Assembly (NCBI GenBank): GCA_046861385.1
Contig: JBHHTW010000003.1
Coordinates: forward strand, 32,001-96,000
Length of the DNA: 64,000 bases
Reading direction: 5' to 3'
Source: Fidelibacterota bacterium
GTDB lineage: Bacteria; Fidelibacterota; Marinisomatia; Marinisomatales; TCS55
In this document: piece after piece, positions 49,923 through 59,424 of the stretch
How positions within the stretch are numbered: the first letter of the stretch is position 1
Layout: every line of letters starts with the position of its first letter
The notes under the pieces: generated by a model
Database searches by the model: none
What the model saw: only the letters and a program-made list of their open reading frames with translations
Told to the model about the DNA's origin: nothing
Made by a program: the position numbers and the translations under genes

Positions 49923-52277
49923 TTATTCCCGGATAAAATTGTAATATAATCCCATATAATAAGGTAAAAGAAATACCGTCCCATCGGCGAGTTCCTGTCC
50001 GTTCCCGCCTGTGTTCAGGGTCCAGGGATCCCGATTCCAGTGGTTAAAAAAACATTCGTCCACCGGAATGACTTTACCATCTACCCGATATCCCTTTCGG
50101 GAATTATCCCCGTCAAATGTACGATTCCATGAATGGAGTTTTAACAAATCGATTCTCTGACTGTTTTCATGACGCCAATTGAATCGATCCAGAGGAAAGC
50201 GAACCAGCGTCTCAACCGATTCTTCCAACCATTTTTTATGTGGAGCTAAATCATAAGTCCCCCAGGCATCTGAAAAATTCAAGCCAGTGGTAGCCGCCCG
50301 AAAAGTAAAATTGAAAAAGGGATTCAGTTCCGGCGCCAGCAGCATCCAGTTCATATACATGGAAAAGGCATATCGGGACTTCAATTCAGGATCCCACTCA
50401 TAGTTTATTAAATGATAATAAGCCATCATGGCCATTTCGTCATCCGATTGATTTCCGGTGCCAACCCCCCGTTGGAATTTCATATCAATCATATTTTGGG
50501 CATACCCGTGTTCTTTATTAAGCCATTGGGAAAGTTCTCTGTATTTTGAGTTTCCGGTCATATGGTAAGCAACTGCTAAATAGGAAAGCATACTTAGAGA
50601 ATTGAGTCCACGCTCTGCAAACCAATTTTTACTGTGATTAAGTTCGTCGGGGTTGAATCGCGCCCATCGTGTGGGTCTGCCGTCGTGGTCTACCAGTTGA
50701 AAATCGTGATTAATTAGATGATTGGTCAGCCGCACAACGTGTTCCCTCACCTCGGCTTTTTCTGCTTCCGTCTCAGCCACCAAATCATAATACAAGGCGT
50801 ATAAGAAATAATGTCCGTCCAATTCGTCAGAACTGGTATCTGTTTTATAATACCATTTTCCGTCCCTGCTTTTTGGCCATCGGGGTTCATAGACCTTCCA
50901 TAATTTATCATAATGATCATGGGTTTGTTGATCGTTTTCCAACCGCCCGTCATTTGGATCCGGCCCGCTGGTTGGAAGGATAGTCCTGGCTACAAAGCCG
51001 GGAGGAGGAGAAATGGGAGCGTTCTGGGTAACATCTCCTAAAAATTTTAATGCCTCAAATGCTTTTTTAGCCCTGGCTTTTGCTTTTGGATCTTTGGTGG
51101 CTCCATAAGCAAAACATTCAGCGGCGCCATACATTCCTGTCCACAATCCGTCATTGTCACTATCGTGTTGCGTCCACGTGGATGTATCTCCGGGAGCAGA
51201 AAGAGAAACATCCAGCACATATTCGTAAGGTGTTCGTCGGTGGAATTTGTCAATGGCATCTTCGTAAAATTCCGCTTTTTCAGCCAGGGTCATTTCAGAT
51301 TTATAAATTTTGGACAGACCTTGACTGGTAGCAAACCAGACGGTACCGTCTTTTGCAACTGCAACATCATGAATATCATCATCCGGCAGCCATCGCTTTC
51401 CCTGTCTATATTCCCAGCTGTTACCGTCAAAATGGATCGCCCCTTTATGGGTTCCAAACCACACATCCCCATCGGGTCCGGCAGCCATTTTGGTGAAATC
51501 ATTATAAGGCAGACCATCTTTTCCCTCGTAGAGAGTCCATTGACCATCATAAACACCCACACCTTGGGGGCTGGCAAACCAGAGGCGGTTTTTGGAATCA
51601 ATGACCACACTTCTGCAATCATTCAGCGCCCAGCTCCGATCACCCGATGAAGGAAAAATTTGTTCCCAGACCTTTTTTGAGTTGTACTTTTTGTATAATC
51701 CCGATCCACTAGCAATATAAAGAGTATTGTCCTCCCCGATGGCTATCTGGTTAATGTGGCTACCCGGGAATTCTATTTCTTTTAGTCCACTTTGTTTATT
51801 TTGCTTATCTGGAATATTAAATGAAAAAAGTTTCCCTGAATAGGCAAGATATACCCGGCTCTCTGAAAGAAAAATATCGCCCGATTGAACATTCATTTGA
51901 ATTTGTTTTGGTAGTGGGATTTTATGTGTCAGAATTTGATTTTTGATGATATACACCCATCCCAAACCATCTTTATTATTTTCCGGCTGAGTAAAAACAG
52001 CCACTTGCTTACCATTTGAATTAACAAAATATCCCGGTTCTTTAACGGTCCAAAATTCTTCCCATTTATTATTTTTCCGGTTCAGAATTGACATGCCCTC
52101 ATCCGTACCTCCATAAACCTCTCCGTCGTTCGTAACGACGACAGAATGAACGACTTGCCCTTTCAGTTCAACGGATTGTTTTTCCTGGAGGAAAGAAGGG
52201 ATAAATATGGATTCACCGGCAGAAGCGGAGCTGAAAAGAAAAAGAATAATATAAATGATGGATTGATTAAAGCGCAT
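49923..52277 (-). CDS. Secreted protein: regulator-type beta-propeller repeats plus a C-terminal helical domain of unknown function
   Basis: Signal peptide; repeats LWFASPQG, DGLPYND and VWFGTHKG; C-terminal DSDNDGLWTGMY and TSSDEL. Confidence 0.75.
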   Translation of the reverse strand: MRFNQSIIYIILFLFSSASAGESIFIPSFLQEKQSVELKGQVVHSVVVTNDGEVYGGTDEGMSILNRKNNKWEEFWTVKEPGYFVNSNGKQVAVFTQPENNKDGLGWVYIIKNQILTHKIPLPKQIQMNVQSGDIFLSESRVYLAYSGKLFSFNIPDKQNKQSGLKEIEFPGSHINQIAIGEDNTLYIASGSGLYKKYNSKKVWEQIFPSSGDRSWALNDCRSVVIDSKNRLWFASPQGVGVYDGQWTLYEGKDGLPYNDFTKMAAGPDGDVWFGTHKGAIHFDGNSWEYRQGKRWLPDDDIHDVAVAKDGTVWFATSQGLSKIYKSEMTLAEKAEFYEDAIDKFHRRTPYEYVLDVSLSAPGDTSTWTQHDSDNDGLWTGMYGAAECFAYGATKDPKAKARAKKAFEALKFLGDVTQNAPISPPPGFVARTILPTSGPDPNDGRLENDQQTHDHYDKLWKVYEPRWPKSRDGKWYYKTDTSSDELDGHYFLYALYYDLVAETEAEKAEVREHVVRLTNHLINHDFQLVDHDGRPTRWARFNPDELNHSKNWFAERGLNSLSMLSYLAVAYHMTGNSKYRELSQWLNKEHGYAQNMIDMKFQRGVGTGNQSDDEMAMMAYYHLINYEWDPELKSRYAFSMYMNWMLLAPELNPFFNFTFRAATTGLNFSDAWGTYDLAPHKKWLEESVETLVRFPLDRFNWRHENSQRIDLLKLHSWNRTFDGDNSRKGYRVDGKVIPVDECFFNHWNRDPWTLNTGGNGQELADGTVFLLPYYMGLYYNFIRE

Positions 52278-52287
52278 TTTGATTTCC

Positions 52288-53085
52288 TTAATGGATCGAT
52301 AGCAGTTGCCGCCAGAATTGATTGTAATAGTCCCACTTCATGAAATTAATTCCCCAGTGAGGCGTGGCGCTGGTCATCCATCCGGAGGCTCTTCCAAGTC
52401 CGTATCTTCGGGTAGCACAAAGGGGATGCCATTTCCCCTGATCTTCAATTTCAACAATGATTTCTGCATCATTTTTTAGACGTGTTTCATTAAACCCCAA
52501 GAGGGGAGGAGCTGTCGTCCAGTCTATACCCCGGAGTGCAGAATGGTCAGGATTTGGGGTTCGCAGGGGGTATCCGTCCGTTGATTCAATCAGGTCATCG
52601 TAAGGCATACAATGTACCGGAAGAACATCATTAAGTCTGCTCCGACCCCAGCCCCCTTTTCCCCGTTCCCCGGAAAAACTGTACCATCCTCCCAACATAA
52701 GAAAATGTCCTCCATCATGAATCCACTGTTTCAAGAGGTCAAATCGGTCGGGAAAAGTCAATGGTTGATCTCCCCATTTTCCCCGATTAAAGAAATCAGG
52801 ATGAAGCATCAGACACTTGGCTTCAACATCGCCAAACACCATATGGGTTGCCCAGGCCAATTTTTCTTCAAATGCTTCAGGAGACATGTGGTATAAATCC
52901 CAGGAAGCAGAAGATTCTACCACAGAGTTTGGGATGGTCTTCACTGCGTCGACAAATGGCTGACCATAATTATGAATTTCAACATCCTTGCTGGGAGAGA
53001 CAAAAGGGGATTCTATATATTTTTGCCCCACATGGATGCACCAGTTGCCTACATGCCAAATATTAGGTTGATTATGATTCATCAA
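52288..53085 (-). CDS. GATase1-like (DUF1355-type) protein
   Basis: GGHFLMLGGWYSFSG..G.WG, VLPV and PHWG..F..WDYY..FW. Confidence 0.75.
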   Translation of the reverse strand: MMNHNQPNIWHVGNWCIHVGQKYIESPFVSPSKDVEIHNYGQPFVDAVKTIPNSVVESSASWDLYHMSPEAFEEKLAWATHMVFGDVEAKCLMLHPDFFNRGKWGDQPLTFPDRFDLLKQWIHDGGHFLMLGGWYSFSGERGKGGWGRSRLNDVLPVHCMPYDDLIESTDGYPLRTPNPDHSALRGIDWTTAPPLLGFNETRLKNDAEIIVEIEDQGKWHPLCATRRYGLGRASGWMTSATPHWGINFMKWDYYNQFWRQLLSIH

Positions 53086-53274
53086 AACTATCTCCTTCGA
53101 TTCTCTGGTTCACAGAATATTGAATATCCAACTTAATGAGAATAGAGGCAGGCTTCCAAAAGTGATTTTTGTGAATTAAATGAGTTTATGGTAATAAATG
53201 TATTTGCCGGGATGTGTTAAAAGTTTCTATTATCAATAGCAGGTCAAAAGGTTTAAAATGAGACAAGGAACAGT

Positions 53275-55851
53275 ATGAAGAAAAATAAAACACGTTTATT
53301 TCAATTCATCTTATTTTTTCCATTTATTTCTGCTTTTCTGTTAGGTCAGGAAATCTCAGGTATTGTAACGGATCAGGATGGTACTCTTTTATCGGGAGCC
53401 AATATTATTGTAGAAGGGACCAGCTCCGGTGCAGCAACTGACATGGATGGTGCATTTTCATTCCCGTACTCGCCTTCAAAAGAGTTTACCATTGCGGTCA
53501 GTTATATTGGATATCAAACGACCAGACAAACCTTTAAAAAAAATGAACCTGCAACCGATCTGCATTTTATCCTGATTCGGGGAAGCCTTTTTGGGAATGA
53601 AGTCACTGTTTTGGCGAGAAAAAGAGAAGAAATGATTAAGGAAGTTCCTATTTCAATGGTAGCTCTTCGAGAAGAAACGATTACGGATATGGGTGCAACT
53701 TCTATTGAAGATTTAACATCAGCAGTTCCCAATGTGTTTGCATACGATAAACAAACTGAAACGGGATTTAATATTCGGGGTATTACCGGTGGCGCCCGGA
53801 ATCCAGGTATGGCAACGGCTGAGGGTGTCTATATGGATGGCGTTGTGATGGGAAGACCCAATTTTATTTCCACAGATATCATTGATGTTCAACGTGTTGA
53901 ATTCCTTCGGGGTCCCCAAGGAACTTTATTTGGACGAAATACCGTTTCCGGCGCTATTAATCTAATATCGATAAAACCAACCCCCATCAATGGGAGATCT
54001 TTTTTAGTTGAAAAAGGAGATTTCGGTTATTTAAAGCTGAAAGGGTCAACCAATATTAAATTGACAGATAAAATCTACAGCAGGTTTTCCTGGTATTCTT
54101 TTGATCATGACGGATATATGAAAAATAGTTATGATGATACACAGAAGAAGTATAAAAATAATGTAGGGGGTCGATTTTCTTTACGTTTTTTACCTAATGA
54201 AAAATTAACCATTGATGCCAGTATTGATTTTTTAAATGAAGACCTCAATCAAATGGGTGAGCATGTTTCAGATTGGCGAATTTCCAGCGACGCAGAACGG
54301 TATAACAATGAGCTGCTTGACACTCTTTATTTTGCCTTGGATTCCATCGATATTTCGAATGAGGATATATATACATTTAGTCATGATACAGCAGGTAATG
54401 CCAGTAGAGATTTGAAAGGGTTGACAATCAATACGACTTATTCAATAAATGACTATCTCAATCTAGTTTCCATATTATCATACCGGACAGCGACTGTAAA
54501 ATGGTTCAATGATGAGGATGGTACCGGAATAGATTTGATGACTGGAAGATGGAATAATGTGGGAGAACAAACATCCATGGAGTTTAGACTCATTTCAAAT
54601 TTGGATTCCAAAATTTCATGGCTGACAGGTATATTCTATAATAATCTCTATGAATATTTAAATGGTCCTGTTTATCCTAAACCTTTATTAATTCATTATA
54701 TTACAGGTTATTCTTTGTTCTTAGTTGAACATCTGTATGCTGACGCTATAGTTAAACCTGAAGGAGGTGGAAATACCGTTAGTCTGGGATCTTATGCTTC
54801 TTTGGACTATGATGTATCTGATAAACTTACATTAACACTGGGAGCACGATATTCCTATGACGTTAAACATTTTAAATTCAGACAGGTAGGATTAGATGGA
54901 TTTGGTTATATTAATCTTCCAGCTGATTCAAACGGTGCCTTAGTCGATGGATTTTTTGACAGCACCAAAACTTGGAGCGCCTTGACGCCTTCGTTTAACA
55001 TTAAATATGCTATATCACCCAATATTAATTTGTTTTGCACTCTATCAAAAGGGTACAAAAGTGGCGGATTTAATACAGACTATGTGACCAGCTATGAGTC
55101 CGTGGCAATCCCCTTTAAACCTGAACAAATTACCAATTACGAGTTTGGAATTAAAGCTGGAAACCAGGCAAACACTTTTTTTCTGAATACGGCAGTTTTT
55201 CGAATGGAATATGATAATATGCAGGTGAGTCAATTCCAGGATGTGTTTGAGGGATATATGATTAGTAATGCCGCCTCTTCTACTATCAATGGACTGGAAT
55301 TGGATTTTTCAGTTCGCTTATTAAAAAACGCACTGACACTCATTGGTGGGTATGGCACGACAGAAGCAGTGTTTAATGATTTTCACGATGGATATTTTAA
55401 CGGGGACTGGGACGAAGGTGAAACCTATACAGATGCCAACATGAATGGGCAGTACGATACCGGCGAAGATTTTATTGACAAAGATAATAATTATTCCGGT
55501 CAGGAAATTAGCCTATACCCAAAGCAGTCCTGGAGTTTTATGGCGGACTTTAGAATGCCTATCAACAGCAAAATGTTGTTTGTAACTCAAATTCGAAGTG
55601 ATTTCATTGATGAAAAATTGGCTCAGTTATCCACAGATAAAGATGCAAATTTGTTAAGAGACGATGCACGGACACTGGTTAACGGACACATCGGTATTGA
55701 GACCAATACCTGGGGAATATTTGCCTGGGGGGAAAACCTGCTGGACAAGGAATATATTGTAGAGCAGGGAGTAAATTCCTATCTTGGTTTTATTGAACAA
55801 GTATGGGGACAACCCCGATTAATGGGAATCAGAGTAACCTATAAAATCTAG
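53275..55851 (+). CDS. TonB-dependent receptor
   Basis: Signal peptide; plug VEFLRGPQGTLFGRNTVSGAIN; GYKSGGFN; C-terminal GQPRLMGIRVTYKI. Confidence 0.93.
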   Translation: MKKNKTRLFQFILFFPFISAFLLGQEISGIVTDQDGTLLSGANIIVEGTSSGAATDMDGAFSFPYSPSKEFTIAVSYIGYQTTRQTFKKNEPATDLHFILIRGSLFGNEVTVLARKREEMIKEVPISMVALREETITDMGATSIEDLTSAVPNVFAYDKQTETGFNIRGITGGARNPGMATAEGVYMDGVVMGRPNFISTDIIDVQRVEFLRGPQGTLFGRNTVSGAINLISIKPTPINGRSFLVEKGDFGYLKLKGSTNIKLTDKIYSRFSWYSFDHDGYMKNSYDDTQKKYKNNVGGRFSLRFLPNEKLTIDASIDFLNEDLNQMGEHVSDWRISSDAERYNNELLDTLYFALDSIDISNEDIYTFSHDTAGNASRDLKGLTINTTYSINDYLNLVSILSYRTATVKWFNDEDGTGIDLMTGRWNNVGEQTSMEFRLISNLDSKISWLTGIFYNNLYEYLNGPVYPKPLLIHYITGYSLFLVEHLYADAIVKPEGGGNTVSLGSYASLDYDVSDKLTLTLGARYSYDVKHFKFRQVGLDGFGYINLPADSNGALVDGFFDSTKTWSALTPSFNIKYAISPNINLFCTLSKGYKSGGFNTDYVTSYESVAIPFKPEQITNYEFGIKAGNQANTFFLNTAVFRMEYDNMQVSQFQDVFEGYMISNAASSTINGLELDFSVRLLKNALTLIGGYGTTEAVFNDFHDGYFNGDWDEGETYTDANMNGQYDTGEDFIDKDNNYSGQEISLYPKQSWSFMADFRMPINSKMLFVTQIRSDFIDEKLAQLSTDKDANLLRDDARTLVNGHIGIETNTWGIFAWGENLLDKEYIVEQGVNSYLGFIEQVWGQPRLMGIRVTYKI

Positions 55852-55925
55852 ATAGGATTACCTGAACAACCACAGATAAATGCAGATAGCTTAATATTTT
55901 AAAAGATTAACGAGAAAGAAACGGT

Positions 55926-57701
55926 ATGGCATTAGGCGGACTTGATTATTTTATCATTATTCTTTACCTAATCGGAACCGTTTCATTCGGAATCTATATT
56001 GGTCGGAGAATGAGATCCGGGCAGGATTATTTTCTGGCAGGACGATCTCTCCCTTGGTGGGCTATCGGAATGTCCTTGGTCGTGACTGATATTGGCGCTG
56101 TGGATATGGTGGGAATTGCCGGAGCTGCCTATTTATACGGCATTGTTCTGGGAAATTATGACTGGCTGGGGAGTGTTCCAGTGATGATCATTGGTGCATT
56201 TTTATTTATTCCCATGTTTTGGAGATCCAAAGTCAGTACCATTCCAGAATGGCTGGGAGCAAGATACAATATAAGCGTCAGAACCATTACAGCTGTCATT
56301 TGGGGTGTAGTGACTGCTTTCGGTTTGGGAATCACTCTTTATGCAACAGCCCTGATGCTTAATTTATTATTGGATTTAAATCCAAACGTAGTAGTCGTAA
56401 CCGATAGTCAGAGTACAAGAGAAAAAGTCGTCAGGGCAACGGGAGTTGGGAAAACACATGATTTTATTTTTATCAACGATTTAAATAACTTGGATCAAAT
56501 CATTATCAGTAAGAACCCAAATCTGGTCTTGGTAGATGATAAATGGAATGCAATGGATGAAGATTATCCTGTGGGAGTGTTTCAATTTCACGAAGAAGAA
56601 ATTACTAACGCATGGGGAAAATCCATGATGGACAAAGCTCGCTCACCCACCTGGACTCTCATGTATTCTATTATTATTATGAGTATTTTGATTGGAGCCT
56701 ATACCTTGCTGGGAGGATTAAAAGCGGTGGTCTATACTGACGTGATTCAATGTGTTGTCATGCTGGGAGGCTCATTATTTGTATTATTTTTTGGTATTTA
56801 TAAATTAGGCGGGCTCGGTGAATTTGTGTCCATCATCCATTCATTGGGTGAACGGGCTCAACATCATTTTGATTTGGTATTAGCCGCCGATACAGCGACG
56901 CCTCATCCCTGGTCTGGAATCTTTCTTGGGCTGGGACTGGTTCTTGCCAATGCCTATTGGCTCGGAAATCAAAATATGGTCCAGAGGACCTTAGGCGCAA
57001 AATCAGAAGCGGATGCCAAAGCATCTTATGTATTTGGTTCCATCCTGAAAATTCTGATTCCCTTTGCCATGGTCGTTCCCGGAATCATCGCCTTAGCCCA
57101 TAACCCTAATATTACCGATGCGGACAAGGCCATGGCCACATTAGTGAGGGATATTATGCCCACAGGTTTGCTGGGAATTTTCTTTGCTGCCTTTCTCGCC
57201 GGACTAATGTCTTCTGTGGATTCTGCCCTTAATTCAGGTGCGACTATCTGGACAAAGGATGTTTATCAAAAATTTATTAAACCGGATTCCACAGATGAAC
57301 AACTATTAATTGTGGGACGTTGGATTACGGCTGCCATGCTGGCGGTGGCCATTTTTTTCGCACAATTTGCCACCCGGTTTGAAAGTATTTATGATTTGAC
57401 CCAAACGTTGCTTTCGCTGTTCCAAGGCCCGATTTTAGCCATTATTATTCTGGGAATGCTCTGGAGACGGGCTACAGGGATAGGGGCCTTGACTGCTTTA
57501 CTGACCGGTGTCATTTTTTCCGGAACGCTTATGTGGGTCAACAGCCATGCAACTGTTCCGCTCTTTCAGGTGTCGGAACCCTTTTTATATATTGCATGGT
57601 GGTCTTTTGTTCTCTCTTTTATTGTAACTATTGTGGTGAGTTTACTAACTCCACCAGAACCTGATTCGAAATTGAAAGGATTGGTGTATCGCTATGAATA
57701 A
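55926..57701 (+). CDS. Sodium:solute symporter (SGLT-like) with inserted soluble domain
   Basis: YFLAGRSLPWW, GGLKAVVYTDVIQ, NQNMVQRTL and AGLMSSVDSALNS; about 90-aa hydrophilic insert. Confidence 0.92.
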   Translation: MALGGLDYFIIILYLIGTVSFGIYIGRRMRSGQDYFLAGRSLPWWAIGMSLVVTDIGAVDMVGIAGAAYLYGIVLGNYDWLGSVPVMIIGAFLFIPMFWRSKVSTIPEWLGARYNISVRTITAVIWGVVTAFGLGITLYATALMLNLLLDLNPNVVVVTDSQSTREKVVRATGVGKTHDFIFINDLNNLDQIIISKNPNLVLVDDKWNAMDEDYPVGVFQFHEEEITNAWGKSMMDKARSPTWTLMYSIIIMSILIGAYTLLGGLKAVVYTDVIQCVVMLGGSLFVLFFGIYKLGGLGEFVSIIHSLGERAQHHFDLVLAADTATPHPWSGIFLGLGLVLANAYWLGNQNMVQRTLGAKSEADAKASYVFGSILKILIPFAMVVPGIIALAHNPNITDADKAMATLVRDIMPTGLLGIFFAAFLAGLMSSVDSALNSGATIWTKDVYQKFIKPDSTDEQLLIVGRWITAAMLAVAIFFAQFATRFESIYDLTQTLLSLFQGPILAIIILGMLWRRATGIGALTALLTGVIFSGTLMWVNSHATVPLFQVSEPFLYIAWWSFVLSFIVTIVVSLLTPPEPDSKLKGLVYRYE

Positions 57702-57969
57702 TGTTTTATTATCAATGACAGCCATTGCTGACGCCATTGCAAATCTTTTCCGCGGAATGGGAGATGTGATGAGAGGGTGGATGCTGGCCATTCCCATGAG
57801 TGTAGCAAAAGGTATATTTATCGTGTATTTCCTCGCCTTAATTATCTGGGTAATCAAACTCCCGGATAATGAAGTAACCCTGGTATTAACCAGCGGGAAA
57901 ATAATTCACCTCCGGCCCTATGCCCTGGCTTCTTTGATAATTATGGTATTGATTTACCTCATTTTTTAA
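57694..57969 (+). CDS. Small membrane protein coupled to the SSS gene
   Basis: Overlaps the SSS stop and the GH84 start; two hydrophobic segments. Confidence 0.7.
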   Translation: MNNVLLSMTAIADAIANLFRGMGDVMRGWMLAIPMSVAKGIFIVYFLALIIWVIKLPDNEVTLVLTSGKIIHLRPYALASLIIMVLIYLIF

Positions 57970-59279
57970 TGAAAAATACAGACTTCATTTGCGGAACCCT
58001 TGAAGGCTTTTACGGCCGGCCCTGGAAAACATCCGATCGGTACAAGTTATTCAAGTGGATGGAAGATTGGGGAGGAATGAATACCTACATGTATGCTCCC
58101 AAAGATGATTTATACCACCGGAGCAAATGGCGGGAATTATATCCGGACCATCTGTTGAAGGAATTAAAAGAATTAATGGGTGCCTGCCATCGCCGTCATT
58201 TAACATTTATTTATGCCATTGCCCCGGGACTGGATATAAAATATGGCGATGAAAATGATTGGAATTGCTTAATGAGAAAAATCGATCAGATCCAATCGCT
58301 GGGTGGTGTTGACTTCGCCATTTTATTTGATGATATCCCAAATGAATTGTCTGAGGAAGATCAGGACAGATTTTCTTCATTTGCAGAGGCTCATGCTCAC
58401 ATCACCAACCGCTTATTTAATACGTTGCAACAATCCAATGCTGACTCATCCCTCATATTCTGCCCCACCGTTTATTGCGGCAGGATGGCCGATTACGATG
58501 TGGCCGGCAATCCTTATTTGAATGAATTGGGACGATTGTTACATCCTGAAATTGGATTTTTCTGGACGGGGCCGGACGTTATTTCATCTGAAATTTCTGT
58601 TGAATCCATCCGGGAATTGCGCCAGGTTATTAATCGAAAACCAGTCATCTGGGATAACCTCCATGCCAATGATTACGATATTCGACAAATGTTTTTTGGA
58701 CCCTATTCCGGTCGTCCTGTTGAACTGAAAAATGAACTATCCGGCATTTTGAGTAATCCCAACTGCCAGTTCTGGGCGAATGTTATTCCGCTGAAAACAC
58801 TGTCTATGTTTCATCTGTCAACCGGGGAATGGCACCCGGAGCAGGCTTATCTGGATGGTTTATCAGAGTGGAAAAATTTCTTTGGGAATGATAATCTGAT
58901 AGAAAAAGAAGTTCAATTACTGGGGGACTGTTTTTATCTCCCGGGAAAAATGGGAGAAATGGGAAATAAGTTATTGGAGAGTATGGACTCCATTTTAAAA
59001 ACAGAACCAGAAAAATGGGGTGTTCATTTAGAATCATTCAATGAAATGGAAACTTTGTTGAATTCACTTTGCAAAAAATTAATGGAAGCAACGAACCGTG
59101 ATCTCCTCTATGATTTTTATCTCATTCTTTGGGAACTGAAAGAAGAAGTGGCATACGTTTCCTCCTGGATCCAGTGGAAAATATCTGGAAAAGGTGAATT
59201 CAAATCCACGGATTTTGTCCCCAGACGCCAGGGGCTTTTATACGAAATACAACGAAGAGTTTATCCCGAAGGGAATTGA
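57969..59279 (+). CDS. GH84 O-GlcNAcase/beta-N-acetylglucosaminidase, no signal peptide
   Basis: EGFYGRPW, YMYAPKDD, catalytic FDD, FCPTVY, WTG, WDNLHANDYD and NPNCQF. Confidence 0.92.
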   Translation: MKNTDFICGTLEGFYGRPWKTSDRYKLFKWMEDWGGMNTYMYAPKDDLYHRSKWRELYPDHLLKELKELMGACHRRHLTFIYAIAPGLDIKYGDENDWNCLMRKIDQIQSLGGVDFAILFDDIPNELSEEDQDRFSSFAEAHAHITNRLFNTLQQSNADSSLIFCPTVYCGRMADYDVAGNPYLNELGRLLHPEIGFFWTGPDVISSEISVESIRELRQVINRKPVIWDNLHANDYDIRQMFFGPYSGRPVELKNELSGILSNPNCQFWANVIPLKTLSMFHLSTGEWHPEQAYLDGLSEWKNFFGNDNLIEKEVQLLGDCFYLPGKMGEMGNKLLESMDSILKTEPEKWGVHLESFNEMETLLNSLCKKLMEATNRDLLYDFYLILWELKEEVAYVSSWIQWKISGKGEFKSTDFVPRRQGLLYEIQRRVYPEGN

Positions 59280-59424
59280 TTTGTTTTAAGTAACTTTGAT
59301 CTATGAAATGGATAGTATGGATTAGGTTTGGTTATACCCATGACCCTGTTATTTAAATAATATTACGTGCAATGCCTTGCAAAACCACCTTTTTAAAGAA
59401 TACAATAAATAGAAAAGAATATAA

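Noticed and set aside
55868-55890. ACCACAGAT-AAATGCAGAT short repeat resembling arrays that flank other small selfish genes
   Set aside because: Only two degenerate units, with no associated ORF or opposite arm; too weak to call.
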